Positions 61,779 through 64,000 of a stretch of DNA of 64,000 nucleotides are shown here, one piece after another. The translations under genes were made by a program, and so were the position numbers. A model generated the notes under the pieces. That model saw only the letters and a program-made list of their open reading frames with translations. It was not told where the DNA came from and did not search any database. This DNA is from Promethearchaeota archaeon (GTDB taxonomy: Archaea; Asgardarchaeota; Lokiarchaeia; Sigyniarchaeales; SOKP01), in NCBI GenBank assembly GCA_048941285.1, contig JBHLNS010000001.1, positions 96,001-160,000 of the forward strand, written 5' to 3'. Numbering within the stretch: the stretch's first letter is position 1; every line of letters begins with the position of its first letter.

Positions 61779-64000
61779 ATGTCAATATATTACTTTCGCA
61801 CTTTATTACTTGGTTCAGACCCAGATGCGATTCACTTTTACATATCAAGAGCTTTTGGTGAACCTGGTGAAGATAAGGAGTTTTACCTTTCATGGTATAA
61901 AGAATTAAATGTTCTAGATAATAAGTGTGATTTAGAAATTGATGCTCTTACAAATATTTCAGCGAATTTAGATGAAATAATTCCAACGGTTGATGGAATT
62001 ATATATTTTTTAAATCCTACAGTTCAGGAAGAATCCGAACTTTTTGAAATGATACTTCCGGATATTTTTTCTGTAAAGAGAGACATCCCAACGATTATAA
62101 TGTTTTATGATCAAGGTGGAATACTGCCTATCTCTGTTAATGACTTATTAACACATGTATGGGTTAATTTTCCTAGCCTTGAAGCGTTTGTGAATCTCCC
62201 TCCCAATGATTTTCATCAACCACTCCAATCTTTATGTTTAGCTATGATTAATGGAGATACTCCATTAAATATTGAAAATGCATGGATGAGATTTCCAATA
62301 TTTATTCAAATGGCAAATATCTATTTTAATAATAAAAATTATTTTTATGCCGCTCAAGCGATTAGAAAGGCAGCTCAAATTGCAGATATCTATAATAAAG
62401 AAGAATTTTTTATCATTAGTGAACAAGCAGCATACATATATTCTAAAATGAATTTATTTTTAGAAGCCAGTAGAATTTTAGAGAAAGTAGATAAACGGAA
62501 ATCAATAAATTTTAAACAATTGTATGCTGAAGAAATAATAAGAGAAGGTACTGTATCTTTTAAGGGAAACGAATATGAAAAGGCAGCTAAACTCTATGAA
62601 AGAGCAGCTCAATGGGCAAGTATAGAATTTTTAGATAAAGAATTTATTAATGAGGCATTTCGATTAGCAATAAATTCATGGATTTCTGCTTGTAGTGTTG
62701 GCGATGCTTTTAGAATTTTATATAGTCTGCCTCATGAGGGAATAATTATCATTTTAAAAGAAATTTCTGATAAAATTTGCGCTGGTGCTGATTATTTAGT
62801 AAGTATTAAAAATTTTGAATTAGCAAAAGACCAACTATATAGAGCAGTTAATAGATACCAATTGGAAGATCTTTTTGATGAATTAAAAGACTTGACAAAC
62901 AAACTTAGTGAAGTTTTAATTACGCTTTTTAAATACCAAGTAAATCAACGAAAAAAACATGCTGCTAGAAACACATATGAAGAGATCGAAAATATGTGGA
63001 GTTCCTATAAGGTAAAAAGAATAGATTTAGATTCAATATTAGAAGATTTAATTCTTCAATTTTTTGAAGTTAATAATTTTGAAATAGCCACCATTTTAAT
63101 AGATAAATTAAGTTCAAGAAAATCCAAACAACATTTAGCAAAAGTAAGAGATGAACTTGAAGATAAATATAGAGCTTTGAAAAAGAAAGAAGTGGAAGAT
63201 TATATTAATAAGGGGGTTCAAGAGATAAGAAATTTTGCCGAAAGAGAAAATGAAATACTTATCGAAATGAACTCCAAAAAAATGGCTGGAGCAAATAAAT
63301 TAATTAATCAAAATAATTATATAGCGGCATCAAATCTATTGGAAAAGCAAGCGGATTATCTTAAAAGTATTGGAAAAGATGAAGTAAGGGATCAAATTTT
63401 AACAAAATCTTTGGATATTTTATTAGATGGTTTAGAATTTGAAAATTTCTTCATAATTTATAATAAACTGTCAGTTGAAGTTAAAACACAATACTTAACA
63501 AGGATTTTTCCAAAATACCTTCAAAAATTAAAAGAACTTAGAGATACTTTGGATTATCATAAAATTGAGAAGATTTTTGAAAGCTCAATCAGAAAGTACC
63601 GAGATCAAGATCTTTATGATCAATCCAAGGAAATAAGCTTACTATTTAAAAAATTTATCAAAGCTGAAGCTCTAAGAATTTTGGAAACTGAGGATAGTTT
63701 AATCACAATTAATAAAGCTGAAGTATTAATCAAAAAAGTTTTAAACATAGCTTCGGCGTATCTAGACAAAGAGGAAAATATACAAATTACTTTTAATAAA
63801 ATCTATAAGAAAATTACTGAAATTTATATTGAATTAGACAATTTGCATTTAGCCCATGTTTATAATGATAAAATTGAAAAACAAGATTATAAAACAGAAC
63901 TTCATAAGAAAATAGAGAAGCTTGAAGCTAAAAAAAGTGAAATTAGAACTGAAAAAGCTAAGGAAATACGTAAAGGAGAAGAATTAAAGGAGAAAGATTC
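61779..64000 (+). CDS. Large protein, truncated by the window end: degenerate small-GTPase-like N-domain + TPR/SNAP-like alpha-solenoid
   Basis: ATG at 61779; MSIYYFRTLLLG.., VDGIIYFLNP, DIPTIIMF; then YFYAAQAIRKAA, YEKAAKLYERAA; no stop seen, and absent from the ORF track as expected for an ORF running off the end. Confidence 0.75.
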   Translation, partial: MSIYYFRTLLLGSDPDAIHFYISRAFGEPGEDKEFYLSWYKELNVLDNKCDLEIDALTNISANLDEIIPTVDGIIYFLNPTVQEESELFEMILPDIFSVKRDIPTIIMFYDQGGILPISVNDLLTHVWVNFPSLEAFVNLPPNDFHQPLQSLCLAMINGDTPLNIENAWMRFPIFIQMANIYFNNKNYFYAAQAIRKAAQIADIYNKEEFFIISEQAAYIYSKMNLFLEASRILEKVDKRKSINFKQLYAEEIIREGTVSFKGNEYEKAAKLYERAAQWASIEFLDKEFINEAFRLAINSWISACSVGDAFRILYSLPHEGIIIILKEISDKICAGADYLVSIKNFELAKDQLYRAVNRYQLEDLFDELKDLTNKLSEVLITLFKYQVNQRKKHAARNTYEEIENMWSSYKVKRIDLDSILEDLILQFFEVNNFEIATILIDKLSSRKSKQHLAKVRDELEDKYRALKKKEVEDYINKGVQEIRNFAERENEILIEMNSKKMAGANKLINQNNYIAASNLLEKQADYLKSIGKDEVRDQILTKSLDILLDGLEFENFFIIYNKLSVEVKTQYLTRIFPKYLQKLKELRDTLDYHKIEKIFESSIRKYRDQDLYDQSKEISLLFKKFIKAEALRILETEDSLITINKAEVLIKKVLNIASAYLDKEENIQITFNKIYKKITEIYIELDNLHLAHVYNDKIEKQDYKTELHKKIEKLEAKKSEIRTEKAKEIRKGEELKEKD

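Noticed and set aside
1-64000. tRNA/rRNA genes, CRISPR arrays, transposases
   Set aside because: No GC-rich structured RNA segment, repeat-spacer array or transposase-like ORF was seen

Overview
AT-rich archaeal core-genome window, most consistent with an Asgard archaeon (Lokiarchaeia-like). This rests on several Rab/Arf-like small GTPases, an IPGY+TM 'Loki-CTERM'-type surface protein and an EF-2 with a non-canonical diphthamide motif. The window carries transcription, translation and replication genes (rpoA'/rpoA'', L30e, NusA, S12, S7, L44e, S27e, TFS/RpoM, PCNA, PriL/PriS, GINS, aIF2-alpha, Nop10, EF-1alpha, RpoL, Csl4, RFC-S, aIF5B, CCA-adding enzyme, EF-2), plus uvrBA, AglB and metabolic genes. 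Main discovery: two core information-processing genes, rpoA' and EF-2, are each interrupted inside a conserved motif by a 30-nt, stop-containing insert (2368-2397 and 46733-46762). Each insert folds with its flanking exon into a bulge-helix-bulge/loop (BHB/BHL) motif. Cutting after the second nucleotide of each 3-nt bulge, the tRNA-splicing-endonuclease rule, exactly restores GHFGHIELARPV and DSDDEEQERGITI. This points to tRNA-type mRNA introns in protein-coding genes other than the known cbf5 case. Secondary finds: an HTH/ATP-cone/catalytically dead class III RNR fusion, a frameshifted half-TBP at a slippery heptamer, probable non-AUG starts (ATT/ATA/GTT), GC3-rich patches at conserved motifs, a wHTH-inserted Tyw1, a giant AglB and a pseudo-GTPase/alpha-solenoid protein. 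All calls were made by eye; no database searches or folding programs were run.
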